DNA of 64,000 nucleotides from Lingula anatina (taxonomy: Eukaryota > Animalia > Brachiopoda), in NCBI GenBank assembly GCA_051362555.1, contig CM120640.1:52368788-52432787 (forward strand), read 5' to 3'. The translations under genes and the position numbers were made by a program. The number at the start of each line of letters is the position of its first letter. The stretch's first letter is position 1. Below, piece by piece: positions 1 to 11,678 of this stretch. The notes beneath the pieces were generated by a model, which saw nothing but the letters and a program-made list of their open reading frames with translations, searched no databases and was not told the origin of the DNA.

Positions 1-2463
1 TACCAACCAGCTCTCTCAGATATCAAGAAACCAACATTGCACACATGCATGCAGACACCCATTAACTTCACAACTGGATTTAATCTACAGAAATATAAAT
101 ATGTATTCTGAAGGGGAATGAGGGATTAAGGAATTCAATGCAAAACTTCAGTTTTCCCCATTAGAATATGAAGGTGGAAAAGTTTTGTAGAGAATTCTAA
201 GCACATCAAAAATGATAAGGGCTGAGCATGTATCTGCCTAGATCTGTTTCCAGTTTTTCATTCAAAGCAGACATAGATCTCAAAAAGATATACAAATTAA
301 ATGACTCTGATGATTTTTATGAAGCAAACTGCGGCTTTAGATGAATGGCAACACGCTGAGAATAGGACATACAGTCTGACCTCACTGTAAAAAAATAACC
401 TGCATAAAACAATTTATTTCATATTGTGTTATCTCTTTGTCTGTCTGATTGATAGAGGCAGTTAGAATAGAGAGACAACCACTGCATGTGACAATGTTAA
501 ATCAATCTAAAATGACATGTCCCTAAAACAAGTTTCAATAGAAAATTTTATTTAATATCCAAGTCATAATTCAAATGCAATTGTTTATAAATTGTGAATC
601 CCAGACATAGTGCAATATAGGTATCCCCTTTCCCCAAGGCCAAAGGAAGTGAAAAAATAATAGAACTTAATGTAGAATTATGGTGAAAGCAGAGAGCTTT
701 GCAGTAATCAGCTTATTTTACCCATATGTATATCAACATAGGGAGGCCCCTTTAAATACAGCCTTAATGACCGCTCACTAATCCTTCAAAGAGAGAACTG
801 TGAGTTGAAAGGCTGGCAAACCAAGTTTGTAAATACAGTAAGGACGAAATAAGAGAACTTTGAAAACATTATGGGTATGCTAAGCCCTTTGTGAAAACTG
901 TCCCTTTCTTTTAACCTGCGGGAAACCCGCTTGCGAAAACTATGGGCAGACGGAGTGTAAGACAACAAAGGAACTCATATACTCAGTATGAGTCTTCAGT
1001 CTAGAAATAATTTCACTCCCAAAAAACACTAACAAAATAAGACAATCTTGCAGCCGGTTTCATCAGGGAATTGTTTTTGTGAACTTGTTCAACAATGGCA
1101 CAAACATTAGTATGTTAATGATATTAATAATGACAGCCTTTAATTTGGTCACAGCACAAAGAAGAATAAAGTATGACAGTCATTTACAGGTAATATTTTA
1201 AACATGAGCAAAAGTCACCTGTACAACACAAAGATGCCACTGATGGCCACCAGGTCAAACGCAATAGGAAAATTAAGCCCTCCACCAACCTATTTCCTTT
1301 TATGCATACTCTGATACCATCTACCAATGAACCAAATGACAAGTGGCATGAACATTTTTCAGCAAGCCAAAAAGCTATATTCTGGTCTAATAACTTGTAG
1401 TGCATGACACTTGCCACAGTCAGTCATCAGCACTTAGAAGCTTTCTGTCTTTTTCAGATCCCTATCAATATGAATTTCCCCCTTTGGTTTTCATCAGATA
1501 TGCAGCAGTTGCAGGTGAGACAGAAATACACCTGAGAGGAATGCATTGTGGGGAGGACTGGCTGCATCTTCAGTGGAGGCTTTGTTTTTATCAGTCACAC
1601 TTGATTCATTATCAAGTGACCAGATGTCTTTGAGATAATTTCCCTTGCTAAGCAAAAACTTAGGTTTCATTGTGCTTGATAAGGAGAGATGATACAGATG
1701 AAAAGGTGTTATTTCGAATTAACTTTCATGGGATGTTCCAGAGCGGAGTTTAAAAAAGACTTCATGAAACTCAACCTGTTTTCAGCAGAATTTCTACTTT
1801 CTCTTACATATTGACACTGAAAAAGATGAAGCATGAAAAGAAATGACATAAAGTTACAATGTTAATTCCAGAGAGACAAATTATAACTTAAGAGACTTTT
1901 ACAGCTCCTTTCTTTCACAATTAACCCAAAGATTTGTCTCAATTATTAATGTTATTCTGAATATAGCTGTATGTATGTGTGTGTTTGCACCTAAGAGCCA
2001 CAAGGGAGTTTATGTCAAGCAGTGGGAGAGGAAACTGTCAACACTTATACCAACTATTTATTGGTACTTCAGCTTGTGGAGCAACAACCAACCAGGTGGG
2101 GAGAGAGGGCTTTTAATTAGTACTTCCTTCTACTAATCACTACCTAATTAGCTCACTACACACTATGGACAAGATACCATGGAGAAGTTGGTCAAATATT
2201 TCTTCTCATAAATTAAAATATTAGTCAATATTGGAAATGAAGATTGTACATTAAATTTGTCAACCAATGACTGGGATTCATTTTATTTCAAGTGAATACA
2301 AAATTTGAACGATTAATATCTTTATAATATAGAATAGGATATTTTCCCTCTAATTCATTTTATGATAAGGACTGGGTTTATATTTTCAATTTATTTTTTA
2401 ATCTTTCAAAAATTTCTTGTAAATAAAATATCATGATGCAGGTATGACTTATATTCTATATAT

Positions 2464-4915
2464 GGGTCAAAACACGGTAACGGTGCCATGGGTGTCAAAT
2501 TTTTTTTTGTTTCATTGAAATTTAAAATTTTTACATTTTTGTAGAAAACAAATCAAATTTTCAGATAATGTAAGTTTCATTGATATACTCCCAGTACTTT
2601 TTCTGTGAGCCACTGGGAAACAAAAAGGAAAAAAAAAATTGTCTCTGACGGGACACATGGTCATATTGGCCTGAGTCAGATATTAGGTTGTTTTTTCAAG
2701 TTTTTATCAACCAAATATGTTAAACTAATCAGAAGTAATAGTTTAACATAGAAAACTGCCACATATCACTTATTTTGAGTAAAAAATTATTTAGCACTAG
2801 GAGTGGTGTGTCCCGTCAGAGACATTTGACTTCGAAAAGTTTTCATATTTTCCACATCTGGTAGGTTGTATAAATGAAACTTAAAATCCTCTTTTTAATA
2901 ATGATAAGTAATGATTATAGCTAAAAATTACAAAATTAAAACAATTTACAGTGAATTTATTGCCACATTTTATCATTGTCTCTGACGGGACATTTTCTGT
3001 CTCTGACGGGACATTTTCTGACAGATGTGAAACACAAGGTTTTACATCTTCAATTGAATCATTTTCAAGTGTTCTGGTGTGTTACATTTCTTGTTTTTCT
3101 TTTGCAACTGATCATTACTGGGTAATTCATTAACCATTACTGATTATTAGCTAGGTTGACTGTCAGTGATTAGGTGTTGACATGTGCCGTCAGAGATCAT
3201 GTCAGAGCACTAGAACTGTGAGCAGGTCATTCTGTTCACTGCATGTGCATGATTTAGAACAGAGTCTGAAGGAGACCTCCAGCTCCAACCATATGTTGTG
3301 GTATCTGATGATCTGCACCATAACAGTCTGTCTTCACTTGTAATAAGGCCATTCTCGAAGACCTCCAACACCAGCAATCATTCAGCAAAGTCCATTACTG
3401 GTCAGACTGAGCCGAGCCCCCAGTCAATTCAAAAGTTGGTTTTTACTGTCTAAACATGGTACTATCATGAAACAGATTTTGGTATGGAAGCGCAGTGGTA
3501 CTTTTTATACCACTGCCCATGGCAAAGAACCAGTGGATGGGATCGTAGGGGAAATGAAACATCAGGTTTGGAGAGCAGTGCTCCAGAGAAAAATGGTTGT
3601 AGATACACCTTATCAATTCTATTTGGCTGGCAAAGAATTATGCCCCAATGTCAACGTAATGTACCTGTCTGCAGCAGATATTGTAGCAGCTACCGCACCC
3701 ATCAATAGTCGCTGGGAAAACTGTCCATCTGTTCCAGGAATTCAACACTTCCAACAGCTTCAGCCCCAGCCCTAGCCCCGTGGACATGTTCTTGTGTCAA
3801 CCAATTCTTTGTACCAGCAACCCTCTTAATATACTAAACTTATTCATATGACTGGGGACTTTGATTTGCCTGCACATCTGCACTATGACAATGTCGGTCA
3901 AGGCACAGCTCAGTCTCACCAGGGAGATTTTGTCATTGCGGAGTTTGCTGCCAGGAAAGGAGTAAAACAAATTCTTAGGTTAGGTCACCCATGACACTGA
4001 AGATGGCGAAGTGGAAGTCAGTTTCTTACGTACTGAAGGTTCTGGCAAAAGAAACTTTGTGTACCCTGCCACAGAAAACAAAGCATGGATTCCCATAAAA
4101 GATGCAAAGGAAGTCCTTCCAATGCCTAGCATAGACACTCATGGACTTCACTTGTTTCCATCACCTGTTAATGTGACTGGTTGAAAAAATCTCTAAAGTG
4201 CAGAAAAGATATGTGTTCTAAGACTAATTGAAAAACAGGATTTATCATGTGAACTGTCATGGAAAATGTTGATTGATATTGAGAAATAGGAGTAATGGAC
4301 AGTGGATTACGTGAAAATTATACTGTGCCTTATCGCTGTGTCATGATAATTAATTAATATTCTAAACATATTGCATCTGGTGATTTTTCTAATGTACAGA
4401 AATGCTATTTTGCAATAACCCTCAAGTAAGATTCATTAGATACAAAAATGTTGCTTTTTAAACCTCTTTTCTAAGATTTTTCAATAGTGCCCAAAAGTGT
4501 CCCGTCAGAGACGTCCCGTCAGAGACAGTGACTTTTTACACTTAACAGCCCATGCTGCCAAGGAAAGTAAACAAAACTGGCCTGTTTGTGCATTAATTGC
4601 TTCCCAAGACTTGTACCTTGCAATATGAATCACAAAAGTCTTGATTAAATGAAATTTCAAAGAGAATTTTGCATTGGAGTTTTAGTAAAAAAATACAGGG
4701 GTCAAAAATGTCCCGTCAGAGACAGACCTTTAAGTGATTGTCATTCCCACATTAATTTCAATACAAATTAGCTGCTTGTTTTACATAATCCTTTATGGTC
4801 TAGCTAAATAAAAATGTATTTAAAAGTAACCATGTGGATCATTTACCAACTGTAATTTTTAAAATTGTCTCTAAAATGTCCCGTCAGAGACATTTCAAAT
4901 ACCGTGTTTTGACCC
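2464..4915 (+). mobile_element. DNA transposon, Sola2-like, defective
   Basis: Perfect 16-bp TIRs GGGTCAAAACACGGTA (2464-2479) and TACCGTGTTTTGACCC (4900-4915), with a 4-bp ATAT TSD. About nine internal copies of TGTCTCTGACGGGACA occur in both orientations. A decayed transposase lies inside. Confidence 0.85.
3262..4184 (+). pseudogene. Decayed DDE transposase, C-terminal part
   Basis: Fragments across frameshifts and stops: YVVVSDDLHH, VHYWSD*..SQFK, YTTAHGKEPVDGIVGEMKHQVWRAVL, GDFVIAEF, VEVSFL, FVYP...AWIP...LPMP. Confidence 0.8.
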
Positions 4916-6239
4916 ATATGCAAATAGTAAAGAATAGGAACAAATGCATTTTCACCTTTCTATTAATGAGTTGATTCATCAGATATGACCTCATCAATTT
5001 TCGTTAAAACCCCCACATCAGGTTCTTTTTATCATTTCAAAAATTCAAAATGTCTGCCTTACATAATTCAATACAACCAGGCTTCTGTTGTAGTGACTAG
5101 TTCCTTCTATTTTCGATATATATCTATTGTGGTTTCACTGATCTGGAGAAATTCTATTCATGTTCTTTCAGCTTTCCAAATTGTAAACATTCCCATGTTG
5201 TGTGGCAGGTTTTACATAAACATCCAACCTGTAGCAGTGACTTCATGGGGAAATAATTTTTAATTAAAGAAACAACACAATTTTGAAGGCCCTGTATATA
5301 ATCCTTAAGGAGAGGGGAAAGGCGTAGGCTTTTCAAAACGAACCTTGTTGTTTGTTGTCAAAGAGGGTTTTTCTTGCTGTGTGAATGATTTCAGCAACCC
5401 TTTCACTCTACTTCAATCTACACTGCTTTGGATAACTTATTTACCACAATGTATCACAAATACAGTACAGGGCAATGCCAGTGTGTTTTGTTCAGTTAAA
5501 CTAACTCAGTAGGCACTTCAACTGCCATTTTTGGAAGCAAACTGTAACTTGAAGCTAGGCATTAAGCCAAGTCCACAAAGTCCAGTACAATTTTAGGGAT
5601 CAAATGTTAAGAAAACTGTTTGTAACTATAACAAATCACAGATCATGATTTACTCATTAAATTCCTGTCCTTTTATGACAGTCTTTTAACAACCCGCTTT
5701 TCAGCTGGGATGAAGGAAGATATTATTTCTGCCTAAGAGCCTCAGACATAAAAGAAACAGCTCCAAAATAAATAAAAATTCTTATAGTCATTTTAGTTAA
5801 ATGACTTGAGGACTTTTATTAAGATGAAAAAGTCAAGTATATCACCATAAAAAGGAGGGGGGGAAAGCTTGATGGCCACTTAATTCCTTGAGTGGAGTTG
5901 ATAAATCATTTTCACCCGAGATGGCATGACATTTTTGATGTTGTCTCATTTTTACCTACGCTCAAACAATGCACCTGTTTTAACGTGAGAAGACAGCCGT
6001 GAACAACAATGATTTATCACTTACACTAAAAACATAGCTGTCCTTTTTTATAATGGTGTAATTTCAAGTTATTCCATTCAGTGTAAGTGATCTCACATTA
6101 TTCTGAAACCAATCAGCTAAACAATAGCCACTGCCGCTGTGCATATTCAGATAAATTGTAATTCACCATTCTCAAAGACTCAGTGTACCATGTTTGCAAG
6201 CAAAATTAACAGACCAATCAAAAGACAGATGTAACATTC

Positions 6240-6275
6240 TTTTTTTTTTTTTTTTTTTTTTTTTTGGGGGGGGGG
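6240..6275. repeat. Poly-T followed by poly-G homopolymer
   Basis: Directly visible in the sequence. Confidence 0.9.
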
Positions 6276-9200
6276 ACTTTTCGTTCATATTGACAGATTA
6301 CCAGGTGGGTGTTCATGGCATCTGCTGTGTTAAAAATCTGGCTAATAAAACTTAAACCTGACCATCATACATTGTTCAACGGGCTTTTGTATTTTCAGTA
6401 TGACCTCCACTGCATCTCTGCAATTCCTCCTAAATATTTATAAGTTGTACTTGCTTTATCTGTCACGAATTTGTCTGCTCTACAAACTACGGGCGTGGGT
6501 TGTATTTTAAAACACCTTGTTCTTGGCATGAATAAAATTCTTTGTGTGTCTTAATCCTTGGAGACAACATTTTGATTAGCTGTACTAAGTCGTAGTAAAG
6601 GTGATTAAGCTTTAGGCCATGTCAAGCTTCGTCTCCAGTTCCATGATCTAAGACCTTAAGGTGGCATAAAGCTTGGTGGGACATTTTTTCGTCATTCAAG
6701 GTGTGCTCATAGCTGAAATTGACTCTGTTCAAATTTCATATTATGATTCATTTCAAATTTAGCCACCATTTATTCAAGACCTATATCTGGTTTGCATTAC
6801 CACTCCACAGAAAGGTTCCTCTGTTAACCAGGGGTTGCAGACTTGGAAAAAGGACCTGGGACAGCAATAATCAGTTTACATAGTTAACTGACGTATTATT
6901 CTCAAGTTTGGCACTTTTCTCGTCACTCACATTCCTGGGTTGTATAGCAATAATACTTGTCTTAATATGAATGAGGTCCTGAACTTTTCTAGTCATACAC
7001 AAAGGTAATTTTGAATTCGTTACACCTGGCAGTTGTACCTCAATATATACACAGTTTGGTAAACTATGTGTCATATTTCTACTTATACACTGGTAAAATA
7101 GGCTATTAAATTAACAATTCTGTTTCTACCAGTCTCTTTTTTGAACTAGGGTTTCAAAATCGGGAAGCGGCCTGTGTCTATACACCATCTGTAAATGGTC
7201 CCAACTCGGGGACAAAAATTCATGAATACTAATGATTATCAAACACTGGGTAAGAATATCTCTTTCAACAAAATTGGAGGATTTTCATCTGTATGCTTAG
7301 GTAACAAAACATCACCTTCTTTTTATCAAAAGAGGCTCAATAGCAACCAATTTAATTTGAATTTGACTGGCATGTCCTCAGATTTACAAACACTGGACGG
7401 AGTAGTTACTGAGATATATCTGGGGTAGCAAGGGAAATCTGGAGTGCAGTGATTAAACAAGAAAGAAAAATGGCTGAGTATCAATCAATTAATATTTGCA
7501 AAATCCCTGCAAGATTTGTGGGTACACGAGAAATGAATATTTGTCTGGTAAAATACAATGGATATATATGTATATTGACAAATGTTATCTTAAGATACCA
7601 ACATGTATGTGCTCAATCATTTTGGTTGGGATACATAAAAAAATTCAACTGACTGTCAACTTATTTTCACCTTAAAAAAAAAAAAAAAAAAATGAGTTTA
7701 TGATCCTTAAATTGTTTCCTTCTCTTTTTATAAGGCCATGAAAAATTATCTGAGGAGAAAATTGGCCTGATAAAATATCTGCTTAGCTTGGGGCTAGCTT
7801 GAGAATAACAACAACAAATCTATGAATGATCTAGGCATTTGACAATAAGCAAAGAAATGTCCCTTAATTTGCGACCCAAAAAGTAAAATTATCAATCCTT
7901 ATAGTACAACTCTGAATGAATGAATGTGGCTTATTGACAAATCTTGTGCTCTCCATGTTCAATAGCATGACATTTATTTTGCAATTCTATTGGGCAATCA
8001 ATGCTAGGAACAATAAGAAAGTATTTTCAAATTGCCATCAAAGAGCAGTTAGCAAATACATTCTCTCAATCTTATCCACAGAGATATACTTGTATGAAGT
8101 ATATCAATTCTATTACAGATGTCATTTTAAGTTACAGATCTTAATAAATTCAGAATCAGTGAAACTAAATCTTTAGATTAGTTACAGAACAAACAAAAAA
8201 TACCTTCATATTAATTCCTTTTTTATACCATAAAAATCTTTGTTGTTTAATAACTTAGTTGTGGGTAGGTTGACATGGGCGGCATACTGAAGTTAATCAA
8301 TACAGAAACATGGGTTTATCAGTTTTCTGATAACATATAATGATTAACAGTCCCGAGAACAGGTCAAGATTTCCCCCCAAAATCAATACCTAGTCTTACC
8401 ACAAAAAATATTCAAAGGTGCCTACTATTTGTTAATTAATATAAAGGGATTTTAAAAAGGAATAACAGCACAAATTATAATTCAATCCATATAAAACATC
8501 AGACAAAAATTAATCAGAAAGGACTTTCATGTTCACGGTGAAATAAAAACTTATCAAAAACAGTAGAACTGCTCTGGCAAAAAAGGTATAAATCAAGGCA
8601 GCAGACATGATGTAGGCCACATTTCTTTGGCTCAGATTTTCTAGTGAAAGTCGGATTATGGGCTAATGCCGAGAGATTTGGGTCCAGTTCTTAAATCAGC
8701 AAAGACCGATTAGAGACAGACCATGAAAAATCTTAAAAGGCTTGCAGGAAGTGTAAGGCACCAAGTGACTTTCCAAGTAAACTTATAGCAGGGTTTAATT
8801 AATGAAAAATAAATACAGACATTATTTTTCAAACAATTCCTTTCCATGTACTCAAGTATTGGCTATGCTTTTGAAAGCTCTGCAAAAACATGAACACAAG
8901 GGGTGGCTTGAGGTCTGTTGATTTTGTAGAACTTATACCTCCAATTTTCATCCTTTCTCCCATCTCCAGCTAAATCTAGCTTATCCACTTTTCAAATTCA
9001 AGTTGGTATATAAACAAATAATCTCTCAATGTTTGTGTAATTTCATATAATATTCAGAAGTCTTAATTTCTATAATGGTAGTTGAATAGATTTTAGTTTG
9101 ACAATGAAGAAGCTTCCAGTGGCTAATCTAAAATTATATGGTAAGTCCATGGTGCCTCTAATCAAGAAGCCATCAATTTGAGCTTTCTTATGTAAATGTC

Positions 9201-10463
9201 TTGCATTTAATTTGCATCACAGATCAAGAAAACTGTGATAACATTGTTACAAAACAAGAGAACTACTGATGACAGACTTTGATCAAGTATGGGTCACTAT
9301 CATATTCATTAAATAAAGAAAAAATTCTCAAACCTTTATCTTAAATGGACCTGCTAAGTTAAAGAAGTCAAATCATAGGATATTTTCCTAACCCAAATTT
9401 TTGCCACAATAAAACCGCCATATGCGTGCAACAGTATTCAATGAAAATCCATGTTCATTCAGACAATGTTTTTTATTTGCTTATCCAACAAAGAAAGTCT
9501 TAGTAAGTCTGGTATTACGGGGTGGTCTGTAGAGAAATAATAATACACGCACCTGGCATAAAGCCCCTTTCACCTGCATTGTGAAATATTTGGTAACAAA
9601 ACAATAACACTGCACAGGACTGGGGAGATGTGGCATGGATAAAATTCCTTTAACATCACACTAAAAAATCAAAAATGTCTGCCTCTGTCCTCATGTATCT
9701 TTTCTTTATAAAGAAACTTTCAAGAAAAAACTTTGAAATAATTATCCACAATGATCTTTGTTCACCACAGAAAAAATCCTCTTGGGGCTTAGCCTTGTGT
9801 GTCTCACTGTGAAGTGAGATATACAAACTTGAAGACCACCCTTCCTCAGACAAAGTTTTAATCTTCTTCACCTGCCTTGTCACCAACAATATAAAGTGAG
9901 AACACAATAATAACAACTTATGACACAAGGCTCCCAAAAGGCAACGATCTCTCCTGGAGTGACGGAATCACTGGGATTATCAACAAAAAGGAGGGAATTT
10001 GAATAGACAGGTGACTGAAAGTATCATGTCATTTGGAGCTATTAGTACAAACCCTGGTGGCCCTAGGCAATATTAAAGACGACCCGACTTTGCGGCCTCC
10101 CACCAAATCCCTTGAGGCACAAGGCCTCAAACACCAAAAAGCGTAATAAAATATAATAATCATTAAGAATTCTCTTTTTGTTATTTTCTAATTAATATCG
10201 AGTCAAAAAAAATCAATTACTCAACACTACTAAGCCTTTCTTATTTCCAAGTTGACAGCAGTACACAATATGCGTTTGCCTTTAAAAACGCAAACGATGC
10301 CTTCCAATCCCAATCCTTCAGAATAGTAATCTCTCGGCGTAAAAAAAAATTAAAAAAGACCCAGATTAAAAAATAGAAAAAAAAACTGTTAAATGAGCAT
10401 GATGGTTGTGATGTAACCTAAATTATTTTTATTTCATTTTTTCGACAATAACTTTGTACTCAC

Positions 10464-10636
10464 ATTGGATTTGTTGCATTCCAGAAGACTTTCACATTCA
10501 TAGTGTCTCCACTACTAGTACTACCTTCCTCTATCGCTTGTAGGCTGAGAACGATTAAATAGAGGCAAAGCCTCGATAGAAACCAAGGCATTGCTTCTAA
10601 AGTTTGTCTATATGTCCTCCGCGCTCTGTCTAACAT
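10464..10636 (-). CDS. EFN: Ephrin family ligand, first coding exon (signal peptide plus start of the receptor-binding domain); rest of gene lies left of the window
   Basis: Reads (MLDRARRTYRQTLEA)MPWFLSRLCLYLIVLSLQAIEEGSTSSGDTMNVKVFWNATNP with ATGs at 10636 and 10591. A hydrophobic signal is followed by the ephrin V(Y/F)WNxxNP motif, cut by a phase-2 GTGAGT donor (10463-10458) where ephrin exon 1 typically ends. I found no further ephrin exon in 1-10463. Confidence 0.8.
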
Positions 10637-11220
10637 ATCCTGTGTGTTTATAGTTTGTTCATAAGTCCTGATCGTACATATTCCAACATTATTCGATGAG
10701 CACCACTTCTTCACTGTTCCCTCACCAACTTTCTTCTGTCATGCTGGACCAGTCAACACTCCCGATATGGAAAGTCACGTGGACAGGTGAACGGGGAGCA
10801 AAAGGGGTAGCAGCTTACCTTTCCAGAAGAGTTCATGGCATGTAGTTGGATGCTTTTTGTCTTAACAATATTGCCAAATAAACCTCATTTGTGTTTTTCG
10901 TAAAACAGTACAAAAAGAATTATATATGAATAAAGAAGAATATATATGAAGTTGATTATATGATCATAGTCCTTTCGTACCTACTCAGCCTAGCATAGGG
11001 CACCTGCTTTAAAATAATAAGAAAAACACAGGTGTAGTCTAGAAACAAATTATCCCCAGAGTGACTGAATATGAATAAAATTCATTTTGTGAAACCAGTG
11101 CACTTCAGATATTCCTCGAATTTTGCTTTATACAACTATTTAAATACATTGAAACAAACTGGCCAATGGGTTAGTCGGAAACGCGACTGTGACCTCAAGG
11201 TCGAATCAAGATGGCAGCCC
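10637..11220. promoter_or_regulatory. Putative bidirectional promoter between ephrin and P3H
   Basis: The divergent ATGs are about 575 nt apart. Contains E-box CACGTG (10776-10781), GGCCAAT (11161-11167), CGGAA near 11176, and a YY1-like CAAGATGGCAG overlapping the P3H ATG. Flanks are locally richer in CpG. Confidence 0.55.
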
Positions 11221-11678
11221 CCGAAAACTCCAAGGTTCGATGGCGTAGTGTTTGTATCGGAAAAATCACTGTAATAGTATGTACAATACTAACAATATTA
11301 ACTCAGAAATGCTCAGCGTTACCAGACTTTCCTTCTGTAACCTACGAGATGATGTACAGTGCCGGACTTGACGCATATTCCAACCAGAAATGGAGCGATT
11401 GTATGAAGTTTATGTCTCGAGCCATTGAAGATTATCATTTTTACACAGAAACTCTTGCAGAATGTAGACGATTGTGCACCAAAGCAAACAAATTCAATAC
11501 TCAAAAACCGGTGGATATGCAGCTAGCTATCTTTGGAAACTATGTATATAAGTCAAACTGCATTAGAAAGTGTAAAATGACTAAATTTAAAACTCGACCT
11601 GACAACTACAGTGCCGAAGTTGATGAGGCCTTTGAAAATCTGAAGCCGTATGATTATTATCAGCTCTGTGCTTTCAAA
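11211..11678 (+). CDS. P3H: P3H exon 1 (signal peptide, TPR-like helices, CRRLC and CIRKC)
   Basis: MAAPENSK...PYDYYQLCAFK followed by a GTGAGT donor; 156 codons. Confidence 0.93.

Noticed and set aside
1184-1633. ORFs near the left edge as ephrin exon 2
   Set aside because: I saw no ephrin motifs (such as LDIxCP) in the translations there.
3467-3775. 102-aa ORF as an intact gene
   Set aside because: It is a frameshift-bounded fragment of the decayed transposase inside TIRs.
6820-7450. Possible old hAT-like transposon fragments
   Set aside because: I could not define matching termini or a TSD.
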